From positions 2,221,288 to 2,285,287 of the forward strand of contig OZ287695.1 of NCBI GenBank assembly GCA_965649825.1: DNA of 64,000 nucleotides. Reading direction: 5' to 3'. The stretch comes from Penicillus capitatus (Eukaryota > Plantae > Chlorophyta). A model generated the notes under the pieces. That model worked only from the letters and a program-made list of their open reading frames with translations, had not been told where the DNA came from and searched no databases. Positions 12,844 to 25,178 of this stretch are shown in pieces; within the stretch, counting starts at the first letter, position 1, and each line of letters starts with the position of its first letter. A program made the translations under genes and the position numbers.

Positions 12844-14981
12844 ATGGATAGCGACCAACGTCCGTCTCCTCGAAGCGACCTGAGTCCGGACCGACTGCTT
12901 ACACGCACGATCATTCTGTCCATAGTTGCATTTTTTCTCGTTATATTGCTGATTTCTCAGGTAATAACTCCTTTTCCGATGGTACCTTGTGCAAAGCGTC
13001 TTGTTTGTCGACAGAATACCTTCTGGACGGTGACTCAGTTCAACGCGAGTCGCTTATCCATTACATTGCAGGAGGGCAATTTCGATTCCAGAACGACAAT
13101 CCAGAACGTCACTATCACAGATGTACGTGGTCACACATATGATATGATGATGTACGGGTAACTGTGCGTGATGGATACCATAGTCTGATGTCTTAGCAGA
13201 GGAATTCTTGGAAACAGAGTATTCTACTTCCTTTGACAATATAGTACAATCTTTCAGCTAGTACTGCATTCTGGACGAGTGCTATGTTCGTTGTCTTCAA
13301 GGAACCTCAGTTGCACCCACAAGCTGAGATGCTCTCCAATAATACGAATACGAGCAGTCCTCAAGTGGCCTTGTTGTTTCTATCAAAGAATGAACTGTAT
13401 CACGAAGCTGTTTGGAGAGCCTTCTTTGAAGCTGCAGGTATCTTCATGTTCTCGAAGTTCATCCGTCACGAATCCATAGGGCGTCTGAAATTCCGCTATC
13501 GACCTCCTGACCGTCCCTATGAGAGCTTCATATACGGAGATGGAAAAGAACTCTTTGAGAAGATCAATGAAGTGACCACGAATCCCACCCACCTTGTCTA
13601 TTTGACAGGGATGGTTTTAGAAGTCGAAGAGACGGTTGAGCCAGGCAGAGAGCATCCAGAACATTATGGCTTGTGATAACGAACCGGCATACTTGATGGT
13701 TGAAATGGCAAGGCTGCTGGAAGGTACCTTGGTATCTGCTTTCTTATTGAAGATGGTGTTTCTTTTAACAGCGCCAGAGGAAAAGCAAGATCTGATTTCA
13801 AAACAAAGGCTGTTTTCTGTGTATACACATCCTGGACTACACTACACGTTTCCAGAAACGAGCATGTTTTACGGAACAGAGATTGAAGATCGTGTCGACA
13901 CGTCACACGCATGGGGATCGTTTGATTTAGTATCCGCCGAGATTAAACTTCTTAGAGCAGCCCTTGAGAATGAACGGAACCAGTGATGGCATACACAGCC
14001 TTATCCGAAATCAATGTGTTCGTGTCTTGCATAGGAAATTCATTCTGCTGTCAGAGTCTTGCATCCCACTGCATCGACCTGAGCTGATCTATTTGCAAAT
14101 GTTAGCCGAACCTAAGAGTCGAAGTTATGTATGCCATCCCTGGCAACCGAGGCATCAATTGGAGAGGTGACAGCAGCGCATTCTGGAGATCTCTTTACGC
14201 TTCTCCACGGAATTGTGCAGATGGAACGGTCGTATGAAATCGGATTACCTGACGCAAGAGAAGTGGAGAAAGAGTGGCCAGTGGTTTGCTCTGAAGCGGC
14301 GCCATGCTGAACTTATTGCAAATGACGTCCATGTCAAAGAGAGATTCCGAAAATACTGCAGAAGGATGAGGGGACATCTCTGCGTGCCCGACGAGCACTA
14401 CATTCCAACGACAATCGCCGTTTATGGACTGGGAAACGAAGTCGGTTTGCTGCTGAGATAACACGTTAGGTGGTAACAACCACGTCTATTTGTGCAGACG
14501 GACTGCGTTGGACATGTGACAGCCACGTTATGGCCAACATCTGGCAGAGCACATCCTGTCACCTTTGCTCCTAAGAACATCAATCCCATTCTTTTCAAAA
14601 AGTCCCCCCTGGAAAAATGACGTTCTTGTTACGCTGTTGAACTCCTAGGCTAAGACATATGGAGTCTTGTCAGGTGGGAACAGCGCAGGCTTCGACGGAG
14701 AATCTGTTTATTACTGAGGTTGAAGGGGATCGCTGTCTCTTTTACAACAACACTGGAACAGTATTCGCGCCGCCAGAAGACTCGGATGACTGGGTAACTA
14801 ACGCTCGACACTGGATTTGGATGGCAGAATGAACATGTGTGAGCAGGTTGTGGACGCTGGTTATCGACCTATCCGACCAGGCTGTCCCCTTTTTGGACGA
14901 AAGTTTGCCAAGAACTCGATCAAAGAAACACTGAAGACAACCTTGTCATGTGCCGGATCATCGTTGGGCTACTGGTGTTGA
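12844..14981 (+). CDS. Core-2/I-branching beta-1,6-GlcNAc transferase-like (GT14-like/DUF266) type II membrane glycosyltransferase
   Basis: N-terminal TM anchor; VALLFLSK, FSVYTHP, WGSFDLVSAEIKLLRAAL, KFILLSESCIPL, WRKSGQWFALKRRHA, CVPDEHYIPT, LFGRKF. TGA at 14979-14981. Confidence 0.85.
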
Positions 14982-15808
14982 CACAATACTTCGTCTGACG
15001 CCAGTGATCTACTGCTTTCACGAATCAACGCAACAACAGCAGAACTCTTCAGGGTAGAAGGGAACAGAAAAAGATAGAAGTTATTGCAACGGGGTGGATA
15101 TCGTGTTCGGAGAGTAGGGATGCGTATTGACGGACCCCTTTGAATTTCAATTTCACCTTTACAAGCCCAGAACATCGTTTGAACACATATCACATTGTGC
15201 GACGCCGCACTCGGTACTCAAGTTTAAGGCAATCCTCTGTTGCGTTTCTTCCTACGTGCACTTGGTGTAGATATCTTTACGGCGCTTCATACGCATCGCT
15301 CACTGTGCGTCAGTTTCCGCATTCTTTGGATCGACGGCACAGTCTCATCAAACATGTGGTCGTGGATGGATGTCCAGATTGAATGAAGCATCAAAAAGTT
15401 TAACGGATGCGTCGTTCTCTGTCGCATGCTGCATCCTGTCTTGTATGGTAACTTGCTCATTGTTCTGTGGGCCTTGGCTACGTGTTCGAAAACAAGACAA
15501 TGGAAACACTCTGCTGTGAACAATCAAAGAGGGTTCGAGATGTTTTTCGAAAGATTCGACGTTTGTTCAACAAGATTAGTAAGACTATATACGACTTGGA
15601 AGAGCCAATGAGAAAGCAGCAAAGGCGACACGACAGGCCAATAGTTCATAACGGAAACCGTGCCTGTATCGCTGAGATCTTTCACGCGGGGAGCTTCGTG
15701 ATTGAACGATATGTGTTCGTCGAAAGTAAATGCGATAAAACGACTGTTAGCCACTGCGAATCCGCATCAAACGCACTTCTTTGAAGAAGGAATTCAAACG
15801 AAGGAGCG

Positions 15809-17518
15809 ATGCCTGCCGAACACGTTTTGGAGACCAAGGCACTTCTACGGCTTCCCTTTCCCTCGTGTAAAGTGTTCGTGCTACAGGATTCAGCGGAAGA
15901 TGTACGTTGGGGCTCCTTACTTGCAGATATTGCGTCGCGTCTACTTGAGCCACGTTTCAACTTGAAGAAGTCGACGCTGCGTTTAGTTAACAAACACTGG
16001 CGATACAGCGTAGATCAAAGCGTTTCCGACCTAACAATTGACAAGTTGCGCCTACGTCGAGCAGGACTGAATGCAACGACTGCACTGTCAATCTCTGAGC
16101 GTCAGTTCACTGCTGTCACAGTCCTGCGCTGCAATTGTCTGGGAGATGAAGATTGGATGCGGCAGATTTGCGCTGGACCGTTTCGACAAATGAGGTCGCT
16201 CACTCTGAGGGGCGATCTAGGACAGCAGTGCCTTGCTCATTTGAAGCAGTGTCAGGCGCTTCAACGCCTTCATATCTGCAGCTCAAAGCTGGACCCGCAA
16301 CAATTTCAGCACCTGTCCGGAATTGTTGCTTTGCAGACCCTTGACATGAAAGGCTCCGCTATCAATAACCATTCCATCTCTGCATTCAGTCACCTCTCCG
16401 ATTTGAAGGTAGGTTTTCAGATGATGTGACAGCGAAGAGACATGACTCGGTCGGGTGTTATCGCTTAGGTGTTGAACTTAGGAAGAACTTCAGTAGACGA
16501 CATTTCCCAACTATCGAACCTCACTGCCCTGACGGAACTGAATCTCTGGAGTTCAAAAATCGGTCGAAAAAGCTTGAGTGTCTTGGCTGAGTTGATTAGC
16601 TTGGCCAAGTTAGATGTTGCCATGACGGTATTTGACGACAGTGGTGCACATTACCTTTCCAGTCTTTCGAATTTGACGGAATTGGATCTCAGTGGGAGTG
16701 GCATAACAGATAATGGACTAAAATCTCTGTCACGATTGCCTGGCCTCAAAAAACTCTTCCTCAGAGGGACCACTGTCGGAAGCAATGGAGTCAAACATCT
16801 TAGCGCTCTCAAGTCTCTAGAGGTGACCTCTCTTAAAACGACAGTTTGCGTCTGAACAGCTCGTTCTCTGCAGATATTGATGCTAGGCGGTACAAATGTT
16901 GAAGACGCTGGAGTGTTTCATTTATCAAGTCTTTCGAGATTATCTCGGCTGGGACTCTGTGGATGTCGAATCTCGGATCGGTGTCTGGAGTATCTCAAAC
17001 ACCTCCCCAATTTGGCACATCTGGATCTGAGATCCACAGAAATCTCAGACATCGGCTGCAGGTCTTTGAGATCTTACAAGTCTGAAACATTCATAACAAC
17101 TTCCACTGCTTCTCTCACTCTTTCAATGTATTGCAGGCATCTAACGTGGCTTTCGTTACAGTTTGCGCGTGTCTCTGATCATGGGATGGAATTCATAGGC
17201 GGCATTGCAACCCTAAAGAATTTCTATCTTTACGGAATCCGCTACACAAATGCAACGCTACGTCATTTATCAAAAGCCACACAGTTGAAAAAGCTGGAGC
17301 TGCCATGTACGTCAATCAGTGACGAAGGCATGCAATTCATTACTCCTTTGACAAATCTGACCCATCTAAGATTAAACAATACTTGCGTAACAGACCGAGG
17401 AGCAAGTTATGTGACTTCTCTGCACAAGCTTGAGAAATTGGATCTTGCTTTTTCCCACGTCACGCGCAAATGCAAGGATTGGATTGCATCTCATTCCAGC
17501 TCTTTGACTGTGTATTGA
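15809..17518 (+). CDS. F-box-like/leucine-rich repeat protein, multi-exon
   Basis: F-box-like segment (WGSLLADIASRLL...TLRLVNKHWR) followed by many about 24-25 aa LRRs (LSNLTALTELNLWSSKI, LSNLTELDLSGSGITDNGL, LTNLTHLRLNNTCVTDRG). Confidence 0.8.
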
Positions 17519-17544
17519 AGCTTCTTTCCTAGCAGTTAGTGTGT

Positions 17545-17572
17545 GAGCGAGCGAGCGAGCGAGCGAGCGAGC
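17545..17572. repeat. (GAGC)7 microsatellite
   Basis: Seven perfect GAGC units followed by AAGC variants, just downstream of the LRR stop. Confidence 0.95.
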
Positions 17573-18192
17573 AAGCAAGTGCGTGTAAATGTGTATATGT
17601 CGTTTTGAGTCTTATTTGTGGATCTGTTGATATCTTATACAAAAATCATGAAGATCCCGATTTTTTGCTGCCTCACAGATGATTGATTACTTTTTAGCAC
17701 AAGACTAGGTTGTTTGTTCTCAAGCACTCGGCTGTGTGCCCTTAGAGCCTCGCTGAATGATAGGGGGTCATGACCTTGTTATTCAATGGACGATAGTATC
17801 CCCCAAATCTGTCCGTGCGATCCTTTTCCTCGACACTACCACAATCTGTGCTAAATAAAAAAAGAGATTATCATAGTACTAACCAGAAAAGGTGTCTATT
17901 TCATTAGTAAATGTCTCATCTTTGACAAATTCTCGAAGAGAAAACGGTACAAGTATGGATCAAATATTTGCTCGACTCTTACATTGACTCTCCCAGTCCC
18001 TCTAAATAGATTAGGTTACCCAAGCTCTCCTGTAACCATCTCTCCCCACTATTTCCATCTCGACAATTAATTTGTTCGTCACTCGAATCGTCATCGTTAC
18101 GTCACGCGATTCGACGCATGTTGACCCACCCCCTTACCTGATACGCACATCGCCCAGTCATTGAGTACGTGTGGATAAGCGCCTTTGTTGCC

Positions 18193-19626
18193 ATGGCGTA
18201 CAGAGCTTTCCTTTTGGCGCTTCTCTGTTTTTCTGTTGCCGTCCGAGCAATTCCAAAAGGCCAACTCAAGGAGTGGGAATTGAATCTGTTTGAAGTTGCG
18301 AACGCGAACAAGAACGCGCAATGCGATTCCTTTGAAATACTCGACCAGCCTGGTCACTACGCCGGATACTATTCCATTGACGGCACGGAAGACGGGCATT
18401 TGTTTTACATGTACTTCGAGAACCGCAACAAAGACCCGAATGCTCCTTTCGTTTTCTGGACAAACGGCGGTCCGGGTTGCTCCTCATTCTTTGGTCTTTT
18501 CAAAGAAAACGGCCCTTACGACATTCAAGAGGACTTGACTGTGTGCTGGAAAGAACACGGATGGGATGTTGGACACAATATCGTGTTCGTCGAACAACCC
18601 ATCAGCGTTGGCTACAGTTACAGTACTGAAGCAAAGGACAAAGTCTATGACGAAGAACGTGTTGGCAACGACATGATTGAATTTTTCTATGCCTTTCTTG
18701 AAGCCCATGAAGAGTTGGCTGAGAAGGATCTCTACATCACTGGAGAGTCTTTCGCAGGACACTATCTACCTGCGATTGCACGTGCCATTCTGTTAGCAAA
18801 TGAACGCAAAAAAGGTATACACCTAAATCTGCAGGGCATATTCATGATCGACCCATGGACGAGTCCATCATCGCACTATTTCTCATATCCAGTCTACGCC
18901 TATCAAGAGGGACTGATCGGTGAAGAGACCCGAGACCGAATGCTGTCCACTTGGTCAGATTGTGACAACGGTCTCAAATTTTGTGATGTGAGAGTGCCAA
19001 TCATCAAAACATTTGCATGCAATTCAGCCTATGCATTCTGTCAATCCCGTCTGTTCACTCCATTGCTCTTCCTACACCCGTTCATAAACTACTACGATGT
19101 TCGCAGAAAAGACTGCGTGGTGCCTGGCTGCTACGACATCAGCCTTCTGACACGATTCATGAACGATCCTAAGGTGAAGAAAGTACTCGGTGTTAACAAG
19201 AGCATTAAATGGGAAGACTGTGAAATGACGGTGCGTCGTGAGATGGGCTGGGATGTTGCGACAGACATGAAAGATGTCGTGGAGAAGGTGCTCAATGAAG
19301 GCATCCGAACGAGTGTCGTCGTGGGAGACAAGGATCTTATCTGCAACTACATCGGGAATGAACGCTGGGTCGACAGAATGAACTGGGAGAAGAGTGTCAA
19401 ATGGTCGAAAGCGAAGAACAAGACACTGGTCGTGAACGGAGAGGAGTCAGGATATGTCCGTGTTGTGGAACCCCTGTCTTTTGTGAAGGTGGAGGAAGCT
19501 GGACATATGATTCCGATGGACCAACCAGAAGTGGCTCTTGAGCTACTAACAGCTTTCACACGTGGAAAGAAGTATCCCACTGGCAAGCATGGCAGAAAAA
19601 AGAGCAAGAAATTTCCAACGACTTAG
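18193..19626 (+). CDS. Serine carboxypeptidase (S10 family), secreted/vacuolar, intronless
   Basis: Signal peptide MAYRAFLLALLCFSVAVRA; WTNGGPGCSS, catalytic Ser GESFAGHY, Asp GDKDLIC, His AGHMIPMDQP; one uninterrupted ORF. Confidence 0.95.
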   Translation: MAYRAFLLALLCFSVAVRAIPKGQLKEWELNLFEVANANKNAQCDSFEILDQPGHYAGYYSIDGTEDGHLFYMYFENRNKDPNAPFVFWTNGGPGCSSFFGLFKENGPYDIQEDLTVCWKEHGWDVGHNIVFVEQPISVGYSYSTEAKDKVYDEERVGNDMIEFFYAFLEAHEELAEKDLYITGESFAGHYLPAIARAILLANERKKGIHLNLQGIFMIDPWTSPSSHYFSYPVYAYQEGLIGEETRDRMLSTWSDCDNGLKFCDVRVPIIKTFACNSAYAFCQSRLFTPLLFLHPFINYYDVRRKDCVVPGCYDISLLTRFMNDPKVKKVLGVNKSIKWEDCEMTVRREMGWDVATDMKDVVEKVLNEGIRTSVVVGDKDLICNYIGNERWVDRMNWEKSVKWSKAKNKTLVVNGEESGYVRVVEPLSFVKVEEAGHMIPMDQPEVALELLTAFTRGKKYPTGKHGRKKSKKFPTT

Positions 19627-19745
19627 ACAGACATGACCAGAGGGTGACACAGTACTGTGGGAGAATCCTTACAGTTGTTTCCAGACATATCAAGATTTTC
19701 TACCTGCTCTGAAATCAAGAGACTGTTCTGATGATTCTAGTTTGT

Positions 19746-21379
19746 TTAATCCCATGCTTCCTTGACAGGGGAGGTTGCTTCGAATGTTCTAGTCCGTCGA
19801 ATCGATGTCTTGCCGCGTTCTATCTCTCTGCCGTTTCTACCGGCATACCATCCTTCCATTCGATGTTTTGCGCTAAGAAAATCATGAAGATCCACGACAG
19901 GGAGCAGTATTTTCGTCGATCGGGCATTCATATTAGCGATCACGTCCTCGATCTATGTCATCTTTGCCTGGTCATGGTGCAGAAACGAGATATAGAGCGT
20001 CAGTGCACGTCGAGCAAAGGTACGTCGTACAAGTGAGAGCAAGAAGTCTATCAAACCAAACTCAAACTGTCCCAGTCGGTGTTTGGGATAGTTGCTCTGT
20101 CGATGCGTTACTTTGAAACACGGAAAATGACAACGTACATGATTACAAACACACACAAGAGATCTCTGGAGCTGCTGTTTTGAAACAACGGACAACGAAT
20201 CATCGTCACTTTGAACGACTAAGTTCTCTTTCAGCTTCATGTAGACGAGGCACCGTGCAGGAACAGATCAAAGGTCGTCGTTTCCAAGACACATCCCTTT
20301 CGTCATCTGTTCTATCGACTCTTGTCGACGATCGGAGAAAGCTGCGTCAAACATTGTTCACTTTGAGGCCAACGAGTCTCTGTGATAATTAATGGAATAC
20401 ATACCAGTTGCAAAGACTGGCACTGTCTGTTATTGAAGAACCATGATCATATGTCTACAGACACAACTCTGCCGATCATCTTCACAAAGGTTCCGCTTTG
20501 TGGAGTACAAACCTTCAATACCATTCTTCTAGACAGGACAGAAAACTTCCTTTCTGCAATTGAACAATCTTGGATCAAGGATCTCCTTGTGAGATACAAA
20601 CAGCAACCACAGAATCCTGAACAACGCATCAACTTGACTTTCTGCTTCAACGCCAGAGGACCATACAATGGCCAAGTGTAGAAGGAAGCAACAGAATCAA
20701 CGCAATCTTCGGACGAACAAGGGCATCACGTGAGAATCCTATTCCCGTCACATGGGGTGCATGGAGTGTAGCACTCTTGTTTCAGTCGGACATCGCAATA
20801 GGTTGAAGCTGAAGCGCGGATCAATCTCTTCTAGTCCGGTTCCCTTCACTGGATATCTGGAATCGGCTATGTCAACGCATCAGAAACAGCAGACAAGAGG
20901 CTTTCTTGAAGAGATGACCGACCTTGTTCAATTCCTGCCCGCCAGAAAACGTTTGTTCGCTGGAGGGCTTTCAAGGTGCCTTCTCTAGTTATTAGAACAG
21001 TCGAGTTTTTCGTCCATACGGTCAAGAATAGGCTTTCTTGCGAGAAAAACGCGGCCGGAGAAGTGACCGTGAATGACTGGCCATTGCCTGCATAACGCCA
21101 ACACGTTATCACAGCCAATACCTTCAGCAAGACCTCTGTCTGCAGCACCGAATTCTCTGTTCTCTCTCAATCGATGATCGATCCGCCATCGGTGATTCTT
21201 TGCTTGAGAGATTAAACATCCTTTGAGTTCGTTTATCATAGCAGTTGTTGTCTAACCGACATATCCATCTCTGGTACCAGACAGGACACATCATTTGTTG
21301 GTTCCGAACAGACACCGTAGACGGTATACGCGACAGATGTGCGCGGTTTAAAACATCGATAAAGAAGTGGCGGCATCAT
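19746..21379 (-). CDS. Putative multi-exon protein with degenerate cyclic-nucleotide-binding-like segments
   Basis: Exon-like frames PAAFFSQESLFLTVWTKNSTVLITREGTLKALQR and LGQFEFGLIDFLLSLVRRTFARRALTLYISFL resemble the CNB F/G-G-E-x-L...R-x-A-x-V pattern. The exon chain is not fully resolved. Confidence 0.3.
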
Positions 21380-21782
21380 CTTGTGACCCGTCGAAAATTG
21401 AGGGTTTCTTTCACGTGGCCTCGTCACGCAGACCAACTGAAGCAAAATAAAGTATAACTCGAAAAAACGTATCTAGGTGCCGCGATTGATGCCGCCGACG
21501 CCTCTGTCGTGTAGATCGTTTAACTCATCTATCGACCTCTCTCTTCTGGTGTCATGTACCGTTCACTTGTTTTTCACAGTTTTTTCTCCCGATCATGACA
21601 CAAGGCAACAGCTTTGCCTTCTGTTTGGTGTCGATTTCAATTCTTTGTGTGTTTAACCGTTCTGTGATGTCGTGACGGAAGATGACATTCGTACGGTAAC
21701 ATGGGATCAGCGTCAACTTCCGATTCTCGCGTTGGGATCATGATTGCCTTTCCTACCGGTGCGTTGTGTTCTAGAAAGGAGC

Positions 21783-24700
21783 ATGATGCAGCCATCACGG
21801 CGTTCACGCCGTTCTGCATCTCGTTCTCAAGAACCAGCACCAGGGGGATGCATTTCGAACAAGACACTCAGTATGCAGACAAGGAAGGCGTCAGGAGGCA
21901 TGGTTTCACCTGTTGCAACATCGGTGTCGAGAAGACGACTGAGGAGCTGTTCATCTCATGTCCCTTCTCCACTTCAGCTGGGTGATGATGCTTCATTGGA
22001 GCAGATCTTGGAGCAGAGAATTCAGGAACTGCTGGAACTGCAGCAACAATCGCAGCTGAAACGTGATGATGCATCGCTGATGGAAGTCTGCTATGTGGAC
22101 ACGCAGACTGCCTTGAGTGGACACTATGCCAAAGAAATGCTCGATAACTGCTATTTCTTCATAAGAATCTGTCCCGATGGACAAATCGAGAGCTTCTTGA
22201 TGGAAGGATGGTCATCGATCCCTTGGTCTCCTCAACCACCGCCCTCCTTTGACACTCCCTTGTATTTTTCGCCAGGTAACACGGCCTCTCTTTCTGTTAG
22301 ATGAATTCTTTTGCAGATGCTGCGATCAACGGCAAGAAGAGAAAGAGTCGCGCTCATGTCTTGCGTCCAGGAGCTTTAAGCCTTATTCCCTACGGACAGG
22401 ACGAACGCGTCTTGTGGACGAAGCGAATTTTTCATTTTATCGGAAAAATGCGAAAAGTTCTTGGAGATCGACGCATAATGCTCCCATGGGGAGGATCCAT
22501 TCTGGATTCTGTGATTGGTGTCTATATCACACAGAACGTCAGCGACACATTCTCCAGCAAGGCGTTCATAAACATAACGGCGAAGTATCCATCTCCGCAT
22601 CCCAAGTGAGTCCGTCCGTCGTAACAGAATTCGAACATCTGCATTTTGCTGTGCAGGAAAAAGTCTTCGGATATTGTCGATTGGAAGAAAGTGCTGCATT
22701 CGCCAGTGCAGGAACTCAGTGAATGTATTGAGTGCAGAGGAATGCAGAATGTATTAGCGCATCGTATCATGTTAGAAGCCAGACATCCTGTTCATGAATT
22801 CTGATAGATGGCTGCTCGTTTTTAGGCGATTTCTGAGACAGGTGGAAGACGGAATGGTGTGGAAATGGTGGTGTGACAAGCAGGCAGTGTCCAAAGTCAA
22901 TGGAAAATTCAGTCCAATGTCGCCGTTTGCTGAGTACCTCCTCCTCTTGCCTGCCTGCCATCTGACAGTATCTGTTTCTGATCTAGACTGTTCAAGGCAC
23001 TTGAACAGATTCAACGGGATCTGAATGCAATACCAGACCATCAGCTCATCGGATACGTCCCTGGAGAGGTACGATCGTCTCTGTCTGTTACGATCCATGC
23101 ATGTCGTTCTCAGATGTCGTTGGAATGGATGCGTCGTCTGGATTGCGAGTCTGTTTCCGAATTGCTGACGTCAAATCTGGAAGGTTTTGGTGAAAAGAGC
23201 GCGGCATGCGTGACGCTGCTGTGCTTCCACTGGAAGAGTTTTCCAGTCGATGTGAATGTTGCTCGTATCTGCGCTCGACTTGGATGGATTCCACTCAAAG
23301 TGCATTTCGCAACAAATCCATATCTTCAGCAGTTTTTGATGTTCTCAGAGCACAGAGAAAATCGAAGATCTGGATCTCTACGCTCCCGAATTGGAAGTGC
23401 ATAAGTATTTAAAGGAAAGGCTCTATCATTTTGACTTTTCCACTCTTTACGAGCTGCATTACTTGATGATCACGATGGGAAAGGTCTTTTGTACAAAGAG
23501 TAATCCAAGATGCAGTGCATGTCCCCTCCGCAATAGGTGTGAATACGCATTCAATGGTGGAAAGAGGTGAGGCCGAATCCGTGTGACAGGAGAATAACAT
23601 TGTTTTGATGATTTGGATACAGATTCGAAAAATTAGTTTCTGTGAAGAAGCCCAGGAAAAAGAAGAAAGGAAATAATAAAGAAGAAGACGTAGAGCCAAA
23701 GACTCCTGTAAAACAAATACGCCACTTGCGGAGTCAGACAGTCGACCGTAGTGAACATCATGTTTCTGAGATGACAACATGTACAAATCCAGGCTGCGAA
23801 AAACTCCCGACAGAGTTAAAGACCGAAGCGATGTCGTTGAGTGGCGATATCGAAGACATTGCTGCTCCTTCTGTGGTCAAACGACCTTTCGATTCTGTCA
23901 GTTCGGTGCATCAGAAGATGCGCGAGATGGCCCCCCACAAACGCAGAGCAGGAAGCAATGTGATTGATGGGTCATCCGACAACAGCGAGGCAGCAATTCT
24001 CCGAATTCTGGAAGCGGTTACAGGTATCAATAGTTGTTTGAAGAAGGACGGGGAAGAGGAAACAAAGCAAGAGATAGAGACAACAGAAGAGATGAGCAGA
24101 GAAGTGGCTATGACTGTTCTCAATTTGACAGCGACAGAGACAATTCAAGCAGTGCGCACACAATACAGGTAAGTCGACACTCTGTCTTTCAGCTCTTCTC
24201 AGTCGCTGTTTCTTAGAGCCCTATCGAAGTTAATCCATCCCGACAAGTGCACCCACGAACAAGCTGGACTCGCGTTTTCGATCGTGAATCGAGCCTATCA
24301 CACACTAGATCAGTCAACACGCGCCATGAGTATGCTTTTTTGGGATTTGACGAATAATAATCTGCCCGTTGTAGGTGAGAGCTCGTGCTCCGAGTTAGCC
24401 GAAGACGCCGGAACAGAATCCTTTGCTGTATCCCACCTCCCTCTTGCCATTTACACACCACTGACATTTGCAAGCTCTCGCAATATCCTCCACAGTTTTC
24501 GTTTCGAGAATCCCGCTGCGCTTCGGGATCTGCTTCCATCGGAGATTCCGCATACTCTCCAGCACGGACTGTTCTTGTTGCCAGATCCACGTGATCTCCC
24601 ATCAGAAGATTCCCACTCGAATGTCTTTGCTCTCTTGACAGCAAAGGATGCTTTAGAAAGCCGCTTTCCACTGAACGGCACTTACTTTCAAACCAATGAA

Positions 24701-24937
24701 CTCTTTCTAGTGGAAGGACCGTCTTTTTCCGTTCCAGACAGTTATCTATCCGTTTCAGACGCGACGCCGAATGTCTCCATCGTCCGAGTGTATTTTGGAA
24801 CGTCCGTGTCGCGCATCACATTGGGAATGGGTACGGCTGAAGTCACACATCTGTTCAATCATTCCTACATCTGTGTTCGCAATTTTGATTTTGAAACAAG
24901 GCAGGCAACAAAGCTGCATCCCTTTCTTTCTCCTTGA
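21783..24937 (+). CDS. DEMETER/ROS1-like 5-methylcytosine DNA glycosylase with an internal DnaJ domain
   Basis: Domain A (GDRRIMLPWGGSILDSVIGVYITQNVSDTFSSKAF); VDWKKV...RGMQNVLAHRI; HhH-GPD core SLEW...LEGFGEKSAACVTLLCFHWKSFPVDVNVARICARLGWIPL; 4Fe-4S motif CTKSNPRCSACPLRNRC; J-domain (QYR|ALSKLIHPDKC...AFSIVNRAYHTL); C-terminal RRM_DME (FPLNGTYFQTNELF, VYFGTSVSRI, YICVRNFD). Confidence 0.9.
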
Positions 24938-25178
24938 TGTCTGATGAATAGATGCCACATTAAAACCATGTGTGAAAGTGTGAGGTGTGCCGAAGGGAAT
25001 GCCTGCCTGTGATGGTATTTATCAGTTTTTTGAGTCGGCAAACATTTTGTTACTGAGATATGTCGAGCATCATTCCTTCTTTTTACAAAAAGTTAAGTGC
25101 CTTACGTTGTGGATCCAACACGGTTATTTCAGTGAGACGAATAATAAAGGGCAGACAGCGTTCTTTCTGGGAGATGTT

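Noticed and set aside
14990-15800. Small gene between GT14 and the LRR gene
   Set aside because: Both strands give partial coding-like frames, but no consistent ATG-to-stop chain or motif could be supported.
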